Shown: positions 20,707 to 22,010 of the stretch, in pieces
How positions within the stretch are numbered: the first letter of the stretch is position 1
Layout of the letters: every line of letters starts with the position of its first letter
Assembly: GCA_016748015.1 (NCBI GenBank)
Contig: JAAOMT010000492.1
Location: forward strand, 58,843-80,852
Length of the DNA stretch: 22,010 bases
Direction: 5' to 3'
DNA from: Geosiphon pyriformis uo1
Taxonomy: Eukaryota; Fungi; Glomeromycota
Translations under genes and position numbers: made by a program
The notes under the pieces: generated by a model
What the model saw: only the letters and a program-made list of their open reading frames with translations
The model's database searches: none
Told to the model about the DNA's origin: nothing

Positions 20707-22010
20707 ATTTATGCAATCAATGAAGATATTTAACTTGGAATAAATAAAAAATTTCAGAGAGGAATTAATTTTTAATTTTATATTAAAAAGTATCATATAG
20801 GTTATAAAATATAGTTCATTTGATATCTATTTTGAGTGTGAAAGTTATTGATTGTAAAGTATTTCCTAATCAATCTTGATATAAAGCATGCTGTAAAAAG
20901 TGAACATGTGATGTTACGTTTCTGTTTTTTAGCGTAAAATTAAAATAAATAGATTATATGTAACACACACACACACAATAATATATGTGTAATGCGTTCA
21001 TTCACGCACTAAATAAATATTCTTATAAATGATATATATATTGAAAATGCAAATAAGTAAAGTGAATGAATATCTAGCCTTTTCGGGAATGTGATTTAAC
21101 AAAATTATAGTTTAATATCATTATTTATTGACAAGACAAACTCCTTAAAAATCTCTCTTTATCAATAAAATATTGATAATTTAATTTTTTTTACCAGAAA
21201 ATAATTTCTTCAGCTTCATTAATTAAAAAGCAATTTCATTTTTCGACTGACTTGAGGGAGCGTTAATTGTCATGAAAAGAAAATCTGACTATGTTTTCCC
21301 AGCTATAATTCAAAAGTTGCTTTTCTCATGATGATTGTTTTTTGGAATTACAATAAAACTAGATTTAAGGAGATAATCGCCAATTATCTCGAATTAGATT
21401 TTTTTATCAAAAGAAGCTATAACTTGAAAAGTTTTTTTAATGAAAAATGCTTCATAATATGAAACCAAGCTAACTTTAAAATCATTTTTATTATGCGACA
21501 AAGTAATTATCAGTTGCCATTTTTGAGTGAATGCTAAGGCCCAAAAAAGTTAATTATGTTTCAATCTATAATGAAAAACCAAAAGCCCCATTTTCTGAGA
21601 GCCCGAAAGTGATAATCGCAATCAGATCCTAAAAAAGAAAATGGATAGCATATATCTAAAAATATTTCAATACTAAACAATTTGAATTTTTAATTAAAAA
21701 ACATATATTTATAGTATATCTCTATAATCTAAATTATATAGAAAATAAGCTATGTCTTTTTTTTACATTTTCTATTTTCTTTTCACGATAAATATTGTTA
21801 AATTCAAAGCTAAAATTATTAAACAAAGAAAATCATTGGACTCATAATAACAATTTCAAAAAGTTTAATTTAAACCAGTATTTATCAAGTCTAATTCATT
21901 CGTTTCCTCGCGTTCAACTCGTGAAAAAGTAGTTTGATCACGGAACCAAATCAAAGCGTTATAAAATCGAGTAATAATATTAATTGTTAAGATAACTGAG
22001 CTCATAATGA

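Overview
AT-rich eukaryotic DNA with short GT-AG introns. The gene-family mix (Sel1-repeat protein, tyrosine-kinase-like kinases, BTB-BACK-TLDc protein) is characteristic of Glomeromycotina (arbuscular mycorrhizal fungi and relatives); the species cannot be fixed from sequence alone. The ORF track fragments several larger genes. (1) 2055-5682 (-) is one ~1165-codon, 3-exon gene: ~17 tandem 108-bp Sel1-like repeats, a 4xCxxC Cys-rich linker, then a TKL (pseudo)kinase. It carries one frameshift and four premature stops. Its repeats are near-identical at DNA level yet vary at a few fixed residues, which is receptor-like. (2) 8393-10589 (+) is a second, partial, frameshifted TKL kinase. It starts exactly at a Nextera/Tn5 mosaic-end adapter (assembly artefact) and is split by an apparently mis-scaffolded contig carrying a third kinase tail. 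(3) 12240-13673 (-) is a BTB-BACK-TLDc pseudogene. (4) 20361-20706 (+) is an inverted, decayed paralogous fragment of the 3' end of gene 1. Extremely AT-rich blocks between these may be hypermutated repeat/TE relics. There are three N-gaps. No RNA genes, CRISPR arrays or intact transposons were recognised.
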